From Girardia tigrina (taxonomy: Eukaryota), in NCBI GenBank assembly GCA_001938485.1, contig MQRK01246197.1, forward strand, positions 36,150 to 97,487: a DNA stretch of 61,338 nucleotides, in the 5' to 3' direction. The notes beneath the pieces were generated by a model. That model was not told where the DNA came from. It was given only the letters and a program-made list of their open reading frames with translations, and made no database searches. Made by a program: the position numbers and the translations under genes. Within the stretch, counting starts at the first letter, position 1; the number at the start of each line of letters is the position of its first letter. This document shows positions 12,867 through 24,829 of the stretch, in pieces.

Positions 12867-14329
12867 TATATATCCGGCACACTATAAATAACCGATACAC
12901 TGCATACACGACACACACATCACTATTTGCTATCATTTTATATACCAATTCGAATGTTTTATTTAATTTTGATTGTGGAAGAACCCCGAATGAGGTAGTA
13001 ATTGCCGTTTCATTGTCTTTATTATTTTTATTTTTTGATTTTGTCTGTTTCATTAATTTCATTCTTTTATTTTATNNNNNNNNNNNNNNNNNNNNNNNNN
13101 NNNNNNNNNNNNNNNNNNNNNNNNNNNNNNNNNNNNNNNNNNNNNNNNNNNNNNNNNNNNNNNNNNNNNNNNNNNNNNNNNNNNNNNNNNNNNNNNNNNN
13201 NNNNNNNNNNNNNNNNNNNNNNNNNNNNNNNNNNNNNNNNNAAGCCCAAGTAACTCACTGCCTGCCTCACTGCCTCACTAACACTGTAAGGTAAATTTTT
13301 GAAATGATTTTATAATCAATAAAGAAATGATTGTATATTAATATATTTATTTATTAATATTATTTATTTATTAACAGGTTGATGCATGATAGGTACTCGT
13401 ATTAAAGATTAATATTTAAAACCTCTTTATAATGGAAATAATTACGAAAGAAAATAAAAAGTTTTGTTTGATAAGAATTGAGTATGAGCAATTAAAAATT
13501 ACAGTATAGTTTTATACAGTAATGTTTCAGATAATAATCTCGACTTATACAAGGTATAGAGATGTCCTTCAGGTTTCAATAGCCAATTACAGCTATAAAA
13601 ACAGTAAAAATCGAATGGGTCTCTTCGACTTCGTAGGAATTTTTATATCACGAATCGTTGATAAGAGATAACGTAACGATTAAATATACTTTCAGACGAT
13701 TACTTACCGTATTTATGGGTTGAGAGATTTATTAAAATAATATATAAATAAATTTGATAATTCACGGAATTTTCTCGATAAACTTTCATAAACTTTCTTA
13801 AAATGTAAACAAAATGAAAAAAAATATTTTTGTCAAATGACTCAGAACAAGCTCTAAATTCGAACAACTTTTTTACCCTGAATCAATATTTTGATCTCTA
13901 ATCATTTGTCTTGGAAAGTTGGATGTATCACATATGCCTCCTATGACCCTTGGCTGTAGAACTAAATGGCGGTTGCATGCAAACCATTCAGTCTTATTGA
14001 TAGATATACATGTATATTTTGTGTTGTACCGGTANNNNNNNNNNNNNNNNNNNNNNNNNNNNNNNNNNNNNNNNNNNNNNNNNNNNNNNNNNNNNNNNNN
14101 NNNNNNNNNNNNNNNNNNNNNNNNNNNNNNNNNNNNNNNNNNNNNNNNNNNNNNNNNNNNNNNNNNNNNNNNNNNNNNNNNNNNNNNNNNNNNNNNNNNN
14201 NNNNNNNNNNNNNNNNNNNNNNAATAAGAAAATTCATCGGTGGAAAAACTCTAGAGTTTTCAGGTCGAAAAATTTTTCAAGGGTTTATTCCCCCTCTTCT
14301 AGTGATTTGTAAAGATGATAATCGGATAA

Positions 14330-15950
14330 GGCAACATCTGGACTATATTGTGAATGCTATCTTCAAGTTTTTAGCACGTCTGGCGTGAAACGTGTGGTCT
14401 GGTATTGTCTTACTGAAAACAAACAAGAGCCATGTTGATACCATAATACAGAAAACACCCCAAACAAGTTCTAATGGGATGCATTAAACTTCAGAGGTGT
14501 TCCAAAGGACTTCCCAATGAATATGTCCGATGCCATCCACCAAACACACAACATCACCTAATTTTATGCAGATCACTTCGAAGTGTCCATTTCCAAACTT
14601 TACTTGGACTGAGCCATTGACTTTTGCACTTCCGGTTATCTTAGACAACCAAATTCTCATCGCACGTCAAAATCCGTTGCAATCCACCGCAGCTGAATTT
14701 ATGCAATAGCCAAGAGCAGACGTTACTTCGCCGATTTTTTTTCGTATTTCGTTGAGTTCATGCGTGACTTCTTGACCAAGTTTTGTTTTCTTGTTAATTT
14801 TTTGAAGGTTCTGAATAATGATTGAATGTGCATTTGGAGTTCAGCTGACAGTTTACATGTTGTTTGTGTCGGATCCGCTTCAGTGGAACGGCGTAGTGAT
14901 CGTCTATCGATGGTTGTTTAACGTCCAACGCGCTTTTCCTCTTTACTTTTAATAAACAAAACACCAAAAATAGGATAAACAATATATCCTTTTCGTGGAA
15001 TTTAATTCAAATTACCTGTATTAATTTTCTTTATTCTCAAATGAAAAATTTGATATTTATCCCACAAAAAATCTTTTATAGCAAAAGTAAATCCTATTTA
15101 CTGGAGATGTGACAACTTCCAGAGTCTGTAGAGTCTACAGTCAAAGGAAGAAGTTACCTCGATTGTTTTCGTAATCTACTTGTAAAAGTTTAACTTCTAA
15201 TAAAAACAAATGTATATTTAAATAAATCCATTTATTTTAGCTTTTGTCAATGCCTCAAGAATTAAAAAAAGTTATTTCCCTTTTAAATCAATAAGCCAGA
15301 CTAAGTTTTTGGGGGAACATACTCTCAACTTGATTGAAAACATTAGTTTTGTTCATCAAAAAAGTAGCATTTCAATATTCTAAGATTTTAATTTATAAAT
15401 GAAACAACAGGCAAAAGTATGAGTCAAAGAAAGATTTTATCTCTTCTTTAAGATTTAACCAAGTTTTGCTTCATGGACCAGGCATAATGATTGAATCGAC
15501 CAGTCCTCTGAATAATAAGATAAAGTAACCTTCAAAATCCTACTTTGGATCGTGAAGCAGGGAATTAATTGATAAAATAATAGCACTAGTCATTACATAT
15601 ATGTGAGAGCAACTAGTAAGTTACGTTGATCTTAAGTACAAAACATAAACTCTGTTTAAGAGTCTTCTTGGAAAAGGTTCGTAACAAGACAAAATGTGTG
15701 CTTCATCCTGGAAGCTTCTTACTTGATCCTAGTGTTCGAATTAGAATTTTTGGGACTACCAAAATTGCGAGTCTACCCTTATATGTGTTTTTCAAAATTT
15801 CACTAATATTAGACAGTTATTCTAAAATTCTTTTATATCAATTTAATTTCATTCAATTTTCACTGAAAACAAACAAGTTATACTGAAAACAGAAAGCACC
15901 CTAAACAAGTTCTAATGGGATGCATTAAACTTCAGAGGTGTTCCAAAGAA
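14330..15950. mobile_element. Mosaic of decayed Tc1-like fragments with an internal ~90-bp direct duplication (14412-14507 / 15862-15947)
   Basis: Minus DNTRPH...YSPD at 14335-14420. Plus KHP.QVLMGCI (Tc1 VKH..M.WGC) occurs in both duplicated copies. Confidence 0.5.
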
Positions 15951-16106
15951 GGATTTGAGCTGTAAAATTAACCGCTATCAGAATCTCATATCTAAACTAT
16001 AATTTTTTTATATTACACTTGAGTTTTCTAATTCTAAATGTATTTGTCTAAAAATTGTATTTTTGTGTTAGTTAGTTAGTTTGTTTGTTTGTCGGTCACC
16101 CTTTTA

Positions 16107-16380
16107 AATGTGAAATTGCGGAGGAACCGAAGTGAATCCATTTAAGGACGTAGTCAATATGGATAGCCCGCATCAAGACAATCGGTGCAGCGCTGTTGCC
16201 GACTGACGATGGGAGCTGACTTAATTGACCGACTGTTAAATCAACACAGAATTCGAAGCAATAAATAATAAATTATAATAATTACGATTTAAAAATTAAA
16301 ACAGAAACTTTCAAAGACGAAAATTCAGCTCACCCGTCATATATATAATTGGTCTTTTCTAGTTCTAAATATTAAGTATA
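16107..16380 (+). repeat. Dispersed repeat, inverted paralogue of 3490-3765
   Basis: About 270 bp alignable, with a near-identical core ACTGTTAAATCAACACAGAATTCGAA...GACGAAAATTCAGCTCA. Confidence 0.9.
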
Positions 16381-18176
16381 AAGGTAAGAATAAACACTAC
16401 TATTTAGATAATCGTTGAAATAATTTTTTTTGCTGATAATACGATTTATTCACACTGAGATACACATAAAACAGTTGTATGTTTATTAACTGCATTATGT
16501 GCAAGTTACAAAATATGGTGCTCCTAGCAACTTTACATTGTCATTATGATTATAATTTATTCGGCAAAAAACATTTTATTAAAAAATTACTGTAAAAACA
16601 TTTAATGAAATATTATTGTAGAAAATACTTGATTCGAAAAACATTTATGATCTTCTCTTGTTAAATGCGAATTCTGTGAATTGTTTAACTGCACAAACAA
16701 CGAATGCGAATCTATAAAATTGTAAATAAAAGTAAATGATCGTCTCATGAAAGAACTTTTCACTGTTGAAGAGAAATGGTGTTTTTGGAACAACTTGAAG
16801 GTCTCGAATAGTCCTTCGGGAACCGCATTAAACACCATAAACGAAATGAAGATGATGCCCAGCGAAACAGTTCCTTCTGGGAAACCACCTGAGACATCGA
16901 CCATGAATTAGAACGGGGGTCTCTGTTGGCCCAAGCAAAATTTCAAAATTCACTCTAGCATCAGGAGGCGCTGTTGCAGAACATTGGGACACAGAGTCAG
17001 ACGTCGATGTACAGCGATTACCCACATGAAGCCTACATACTAGGATGACTACGTCGTTGATGGAGATTCGGTTACTGACGAATCTGGTGGGGATGTGGGA
17101 TGAGACGATTAATCGAAAATAATAATCTCGTTAATTCGATTTTTATATTTTGTTTGAATATTCCGTTTATAGGGAAAAACGCGTTCTTTCTATTCAATAT
17201 AATTTAGGAACTTCTTATTCTTTGTTATTCTCTACAACATTATTTTAACTTAGATTTAAATTTTGTACACTACGTTTATTTAGATATTGAAGTCTAAATA
17301 TTTTAAATGTTAAAAAATTAAATATTCAAAAATTTCAAATTGACCAGACATCCTGACAGTACTCAAAATTAAAATGCAAATCTGAAGAATTAATTATTCG
17401 TTAACTTAATCACGGTTTATTGGAGATAATTTTGTAAAATTCTCAAGCAAGAAATAGCCGGTGTTCATTGACGACTTAATTGATGCTTGCATAAAAATGA
17501 TATTCTCATTTTATAAAACCAGTATGAAATCGTTTATCAGAGTGATCTAGCTGTAGGGCAAATTATTGCTTAATCATTTCCTTGAGACAGAGGCAAACAA
17601 CCTAGATGGGGGAGTGCAGCAACGGCACTCACCGCAATACGCTGGGAGCAGTAGCTAAGCCTTGAAAGTGGTTTGCTAGTTCACTAATGATACAAATTAC
17701 TGCCGGCCGTTAAAGCAGTATTTGGGTAGCTTCGGACACTTTGGCCTCGATTTCTCTGGTTTCCCAGGGACACCACTCTGAGGTATTCGGACTGGCTAAC
17801 GCATTCATCCCCTTGTAGTTCCGTAAGCGATTTGACACTGGTGTCTAGTATGTTTTCTGGAAACCATTGGATAAAACTTTCACCTCAGTTGTAGATAATT
17901 AGTCACCACGATCTTCAGACTGAAATACAGTCTGACACCGTTCTTAGGCCAGTCATAGAATGTTGTCTGTTATAGAACATCTGAAATTTCCACCTTCTCA
18001 AGCCCGCTTTCAGCTTTATTTCCGCACCATCTTATCCAAAACATTTATGCCAAATTTTGTTGCATTGTAAAAAGCAACAGTTTCTGGTGTTTTCTTCTCG
18101 TCTATGTCGACACTGATGTTAGCATATGTCAAATCAGAATGATGATTTTTTTGTTTGATTTACACTGATATACAAT

Positions 18177-21108
18177 TAGGGAATTCAATCCCAGTCGTTT
18201 TTACAATCCCGGGATCCCGAACTTTCAGGATTGATTTTTAGAAAATTATAAAACGAACGTGATACATTTATTTTCAAATAATGAAAAATATTGTTCCACA
18301 AATTATATATTTAATACAACTGAAACAATTTCATACAGTCATCCACATGTTGAAAATAAAATCTCAATAAGGTGAGTTTACTAAGAATATCATCACAAAG
18401 TCTGGAGCGAAACCTTGTCATAAATAGACCACTGGCAGAGAAAGTTCGCACTGCATCAATTGTTGTAGTTGGAATGGTCATTAAGGCTTTATAGAGAGAT
18501 TCCAGTATTTGTCCACACTGACCAGTCGATTGATAAAAACCGTTTCTCTTTGGATAGCGACTTTTACATTGCCATCAGGTGAAGAATTCGATAAATGGTC
18601 ACTTTTTTTCAGCACAACCGTCAGACTTCAAGCAATATTGAGTTGCTGTGGAGGTACTTTATACCCATCCATCCCAGGCACCAGGGGAGGTTTCTTGGCC
18701 AATGTGGTCAGAGTGTCTATAATGGGTGGGAGATTCTCGATCTGAGATTCCTTTTTTCAATATATTAACTAGGGAAATCGCCATGCTATTCTTCTGCTTT
18801 TTAGCTCCTCAATAGCAAAGTTTACTGAAGCAATTGACATAGCAAGATTGCATTCATAGCTGCAGAGCGCTTTCACAATTAGTACAACTGGATAAAGAGC
18901 AGAGTTAATTTCTTCAAGTAACTGTTTCTCTTCATCTCTAAATGTAAAATTCACTTTGGGATATTGACGAAGAGCTTTACGTATAAATAAGAAGCGGTAC
19001 AGCATGGCATACAAGGAGTTCTATCGCGCTTTAACGTCAATCACAACACATAGCTCTTTTCCGTGTTCATCTCGAACAAACCTTTGGAGGCTTTTTTTCT
19101 CCACAGGACTTCGGCGAAAGACTTTTGCTACCTTCCTTACTTTCGTAATGACATTTTCAAATTTTTTCATGAAGTAACTTTTTCTATTTTTCTTCGATGT
19201 GTCCCAATACACTCGTGTCTCTTGTAATCCATTTTCATACTCGCTGCAACTATTATCTTCGGATTCACTTAGAATTTCTTCTAAAGAATAGTCAACTCAC
19301 CTTTTTTTCTCGTAAAAAGCGTCAGTAATAGCTAAATGAACACCATGGGCATAGCATAGCTGATTTTCACATTCCATCAGATTTCCAAATTTGACCATCA
19401 GTAGTACAGCAGATTATGTCTTTCTTGGAGTCAATTCCAAAATTTGAGAGGTAATTGATTACAAAATTTTCAAAAATGACTGCCGTCATAGAGCTTTTTA
19501 TACGAACCAATTCCAAATCTTTAATTTTTCGATCATCCAAATGAAGATTAATATTCATGTATCTTTGAAATAAGAATAAAGAAAAAAACAAAAGTTACAG
19601 ACGCCCAATATCGCATTTTCAATACAAATTATCTCTTGTTGTTGAAACCTATCCATTCATCAATACTTACAGTGCGGTTCATAAGTAAGTTCGCACCCTA
19701 ACAATTTCAATATATCTCAATAAAACGATGAAAAAGTCTTTATTATTTTAATTGCATTGTTTAAAATGATTAAAATTGATCATAANNNNNNNNNNNNNNN
19801 AAATATTTATAGATTAATTTCATATTTGATGTTTTGTTGGTATTTTAGATTAAAATGGTTTATGCTAGAATATCCATCGAAAACAGGATAATCATTGTGT
19901 CGCTTAAGAGACAAGGACGGCATGTAGCTGAAATTAAGAATATTATGGAGAGTTTATATCACACAACTATCTCCAAGCGTGGAATTCAAAAGTTGTTAAA
20001 AAAATATGCTGTTACTGGAAGTTACGAAGACATTCAACGAAGTGGTAGACCTCATAAATTGTCGGAACGTTCAAAACGTTTAATACGACGCACCTCTTTA
20101 TCTTGTTTTTCGAAAATTGGCGTTGGAGTACTGAAAAGAATAAATGGCAACCTAAACGTAGAGAAATATCAAAAGGAAATAATAATAAATGAAATAAAAA
20201 AAGCGTTTTGAACGTTCCGACAATGTGTCTCTTAAACGACACAATGATTATCCTGTTTTCGATGGATATTCTAGCATAAACCATTTTAATCTAAAATACC
20301 AACAAAACATCAAATATGAAATTAATCTATAAATATTTAAATTAAATACAANATTATGATCAATTTTAATCATTTTAAACAATGCAATTAAAATAATAAA
20401 GACTTTTTCATCGTTTTATTGAGATATATTGAAATTGTTAGGGTGCGAACTTACTTATGAACCGCACTGTAGTGAAAATCGCTCTCCTTCCAAACGTCTT
20501 CTGTTTATATCCATTTTGATGGAGTCTTTAATAATAGTTGCGAAATTCACCACTCTGACGAATAGTATCGGCTGGCTTTGGAAGGTCAATTTGGCGAGCT
20601 GACAGTGCGATGCAAAGATCTTTGGAGGTAATAAATAAACGAAAGGTAATATCATCTTTTGTTACCACCAAAGCGAGAATTTCGTAGCTTGCTTTTCATG
20701 TATGTATCCATGGAATTTAGAAACGTATTTTTAAAGTCTGTTTGCTCAATCAATTTTCTCCAAACTTGGCACACTTACTCATTTTTGATGAAACTGGTAA
20801 ATCAAAAAACAATTTTGCATAAAACGTTTTATCCAGTAGATTTCTGTCCGCATAAAGCATGGATATAAAAATATTTTGATTTAGTACAACCTTTTACTAC
20901 ACTATTTCAAAGAATAATCATTGTATTTCATATTCGTAAATTGTATTTCAAATAATGTCATTCATACTCAAAGCAACTTCGAAAAATGAAGACGAGGTCT
21001 GTGCGACTACATTAACAAACAGTAAAAATAAAATTTTCACGCACACAAGTAAGAAAGTGATTACAATTACTTAAAGAAAATCATCACTGAATCCCGCGAT
21101 CCCGATTG
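18177..21108 (-). mobile_element. Degenerate hAT transposon with an inserted Tc1 element
   Basis: Ends carry TAGGGAATTCAATCCC and ATCCCG(G/C)GATCCCG repeats. Minus translation GERFSL|SIDEW across the Tc1, then CTTDG, CYAHGVHL, VIDVKAR.NS and TIPTTTIDAVRTFSASG. Confidence 0.85.
19670..20469. mobile_element. Tc1-like element built from two convergent 5' halves (about 244-bp inverted arms)
   Basis: TIR CAGTGCGGTTCATAAGTAAG and TA TSD on both sides. Both arms contain the transposase start MVYARISIENRIIIVS. HTH motif RSGRP lies in ORF 19855-20211. Confidence 0.92.
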
Positions 21109-23115
21109 TCCAATACAGTCAGCAAGATACCATATGTTTTCAGTACATTTGAGGAATGCCATTTTTCTTTGTCATTTAGAACCCCTAAAAGTTCTAACCG
21201 AGGCTCTGCTTTGGCCTAACGTAAGCTCTGCTCCAGGCAATTCAACAGGAAGTTCCAATCAGACGTCGCATCGCCATTGAAAAGTCGCTCGAATCACATG
21301 GTCATTCTGCTGCCATTGAACCAGCCATGTGGTTTGCAATTCCCACGATAATAACGCTCCTGTTCAACTGCGAAAACCCCTATACTAGTGTGAGTTTTTG
21401 AATTTTGCCATGAATAACAGGGCCCCTCGTTCTAGATTGTGGATATCTCTAACGGTTCCCCTGAAAAAATCATTTCTTTCATCATCACCTTCATAATTCA
21501 GTAAATTGTACACGATGTTCCATTTTTAAAATAAAAATATTTTTGTGAATCAATAATGTATTTTTATCAACAGTTTTTTAACATTTGCGTTCGGTTTTGT
21601 TCAGTTAAACAAACTTCTCTAAACTCACAAAATCTTGCACCATTAATTATCTATACAAAGTATTTCTTTTTGTCATTTTTATTGGTATTTTTTACAGTAA
21701 TATTTGTGTCACTTTCAAATAAAATATTTTTATCACAATTTTAAATTGAGTATTTTTAATAAAATTGTCAGGAGCACCACTCTGAACATCATACAAAAAA
21801 CGTCTGAGAAGCTATAGAAAATAAAAAAAACATACGAAAAAATGATTTCTTTCTTAAGATAATCATTTTTCTTCTATTCTTTTTTTCCATTCTCTTTTAT
21901 TTAACTAATCGTCAAAAATTAACGGAGTGAAGTGATTTTTCTACTGTTAATTTATAAAAAAAGTATTTTATTTAATTATTACAATTATAACGATTGTAAT
22001 GTAAATTTATACAAAAACAATTTGTAGCAAAATCGAATGAATATATCAATTTACAACAATTCGTCACGAATTTCTAAATTGTAAATTTAATTAAAATAAA
22101 TTAAATTAATTATTTTTCAGACTAAATAAAATCAAAAAAATCATATAAATCAAAGAGCTGTCCATTTATTTGTTAATCTTTGCTTTCGATTAAAACAAAA
22201 GGATATAAAATAATTTGGTATTTTTTATTTTTTTTCACTTAAATAGATTTTTTTTATTTTAAAATAAATTATTTTATATAAAAATTATTTTTTTTGTAAA
22301 TCAAAAATTATTAAAATAAAAAAATTTATTATTATTAGTAAAACAAATATTAAAATTTAAATTTCATTAAACTTTTTTTTATTTTTGTTTTTATTAATCT
22401 AAAAATTCAGATAATAATTTTTAGTGTTTTTTTTCTGTCTAAAATTAAAATAAATTAAAAAATAATCGTTCTTTTTTATGTTTTTTATAAGTATTTTTTG
22501 AGTCTTTTGTTTTCAATGGAAGGAAAGTACAATTTATTTTTTCATCCTCAACATCCTCGAATTATCAAAATCGTTTTCCATTTGAACTTTAAACGAAATG
22601 GTTTCTGTCTCTTGGATTTTCGTTCAAAAATCGAAACAAAACTTCCAATTTCCACTAATTCGTGCTGTTTTTGGTAAATAAAATAAATCCATATGCAAAT
22701 TATTCAATTGTAATAATTTATTAAAGGTTGGTATATATTATCATATTTGTTTCCAGACACATTAGCATATTTCAAATTGGGCTAAAGTTACATTTATAAA
22801 ATTGTTACTATTAAATTGTCTAACCGAGTTGTTAGCTTTACGATTTTCGTACAGATTTTATCTAAAAAACGAATATCATATATCATAACCGACTAATGTA
22901 GTCATATATTAATGAATAAAAATCTTATAATTATAATTTGTTTCATTCTTAATAATAATAATAAAAAATAATAGTAATAATAATAATAATAATAATTGTA
23001 TAAACTTATATTTATTATTATTTTTATTTAATTTTAATTTAAATTATAAAATATATTGATCGATATTACGATCAATCACATATTACAATTTGCAATCAGA
23101 TTTCTTTTTTTCCAA

Positions 23116-23696
23116 TGTTATAAAATATTTATTTATCGTTATGAGGGGTTAATTTAAATTTTGATCTCGCCTGAATAATTTATTATTTTTTAATTTAAAG
23201 GGTAAAATATTTTTATGTTAATATGCTTATTCAATATTTTAAAATTAAAAATTATATAATAAAACAACTATTAAAAAATCAANNNNNNNNNNNNNNNNNN
23301 NNNNNNNNNNNNNNNNNNNNNNNNNNNNNNNNNNNNNNNNNNNNNNNNNNNNNNNNNNNNNNNNNNNNNNNNNNNNNNNNNNNNNNNNNNNNNNNNNNNN
23401 NNNNNNNNNNNNNNNNNNNNNNNNNNNNNNNNNNNNNNNNNNNNNNNNNNNNNNNNNNNNNNNNNNNNNNTTGGGTCGAGATAATTAAATTAACAGGAAA
23501 ATTTGTTTTAAATATGTGAATTGTTATATAAATAAATTTTGGTGTTTAAAAAATGAATCCTGATATTGAGGTTGCAACCACTTCTCACAATCGTATTAAT
23601 CGGACATTTTTTTACAAACCCATCCTCATATTTATTATTATAAAGAGACGAATTTTAAAAATCGTGTTCTTCACCCAATACGAAACAATAACCTAA
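23116..23696 (+). mobile_element. Copy of the TG-headed AT-rich cassette family with a 47-aa ORF (23553-23696)
   Basis: TGTTA start, TTATGAGGGGTTAATTTAAATTTT at 23139, AATTAACAGGAAAATTTGTTTTAAATATGTGAATT at 23488, then MNPDIEVATTSH...RILKIVFF. Confidence 0.65.
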
Positions 23697-24348
23697 AAGT
23701 TAATTGAAATATAAATTTTAATATTTTTTAATAATAATTGTAGTGTATCCACTACTTCAGACACCATAGTGTACATTAATGTACATATTAATGTACATTT
23801 TTTGTGTATGTTATTTGAATGTTGTTGTGATGATAATTTTTGTTGTTCACGTTTCTCTTATCCTTAACCCGTCTCATTCGGAAGCAAATATTCCTGTTGG
23901 TGCTGGTAAAGCAAGATCTAAAATGCCGTTTTGTCACGAAAAAAATTGTGAATTATAATAATCATATTATAATAATAATATAAAAAATCAATAATTATAT
24001 TAAAAATTAATTCTCATCAAATTGCCCAACGATTATAATTTTCGAGAGCGTATACCTGGATTTTACCTCTATTATTCGTCAAAAGGATTTCAAAAAAACG
24101 GAAACAATCCATCAGATCGTCTACAGAACACCGATAACATTCCAGCAAAATAATATCGCGATCTAAGACATATCCGACGTCATTTGACGGTAAATATACG
24201 ATCTCGTGCCAGTGTAAACCCATGAACCCCAGTTGTTCCTTTATTTCCATCACAATCATACTGATCGGTTATTTATTTTGTATCGGACGTTGTGTAAATA
24301 TCATTTAAACATCTGAGTTTTGTTTAGTTTATTTTGTCATTTCTTTAA

Positions 24349-24397
24349 GTAAAAGCAACCTCAAGTGCATAATATCAGGACTTTAGGTTGCTTTTAC
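24349..24397. repeat. 49-nt hairpin
   Basis: GTAAAAGCAACCT...AGGTTGCTTTTAC forms a 13-bp perfect stem, extended by AAGT/ACTT. Confidence 0.75.
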
Positions 24398-24798
24398 AAT
24401 AATAATATTAATTCATTCACAGAGCTACAAGAATTACCAAATATTTTCCACTCAAAAATATTCTACTATCCGTAAACTTTTTGAACCAGAATCCCTGAAT
24501 CCCTTAGAAGAAAAGAAATCCAAGTAAATTCTTTTCAAGAAAGATTCGTCGACGAACAGAATTAAAATATCGAAGTTACTAAACATCTTAAAGACTATTT
24601 ATTCTATCTTTATTGTCTTCTTTTCACTTTGTGATCCCAATCTTTCTACTTATTGGTGTATTTGATTATTATTTACGATTTTGTTAATTAAAGTTATTAT
24701 ATTTTTATAAAAAATATTTTCTTTTTATAAATTTAATTTAGATATAAAAACGAGTTTATTGATACTCGGAGGTATCATCCATATCAGTTAATTTCTAC

Positions 24799-24829
<31 letters not shown>

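Larger units (their letters stand above)
17970..21200 (-). pseudogene. piggyBac transposase relic split by the hAT insertion (pieces 21109-21200 and 17970-18176)
   Basis: Rejoining the flanks gives ...LLTV|YQCKSNKKIIIL...KKTPETVAFYNATKFGINVLDKM, the piggyBac DDD C-terminal motif KP...YN.TK.GVD..D. Confidence 0.75.
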
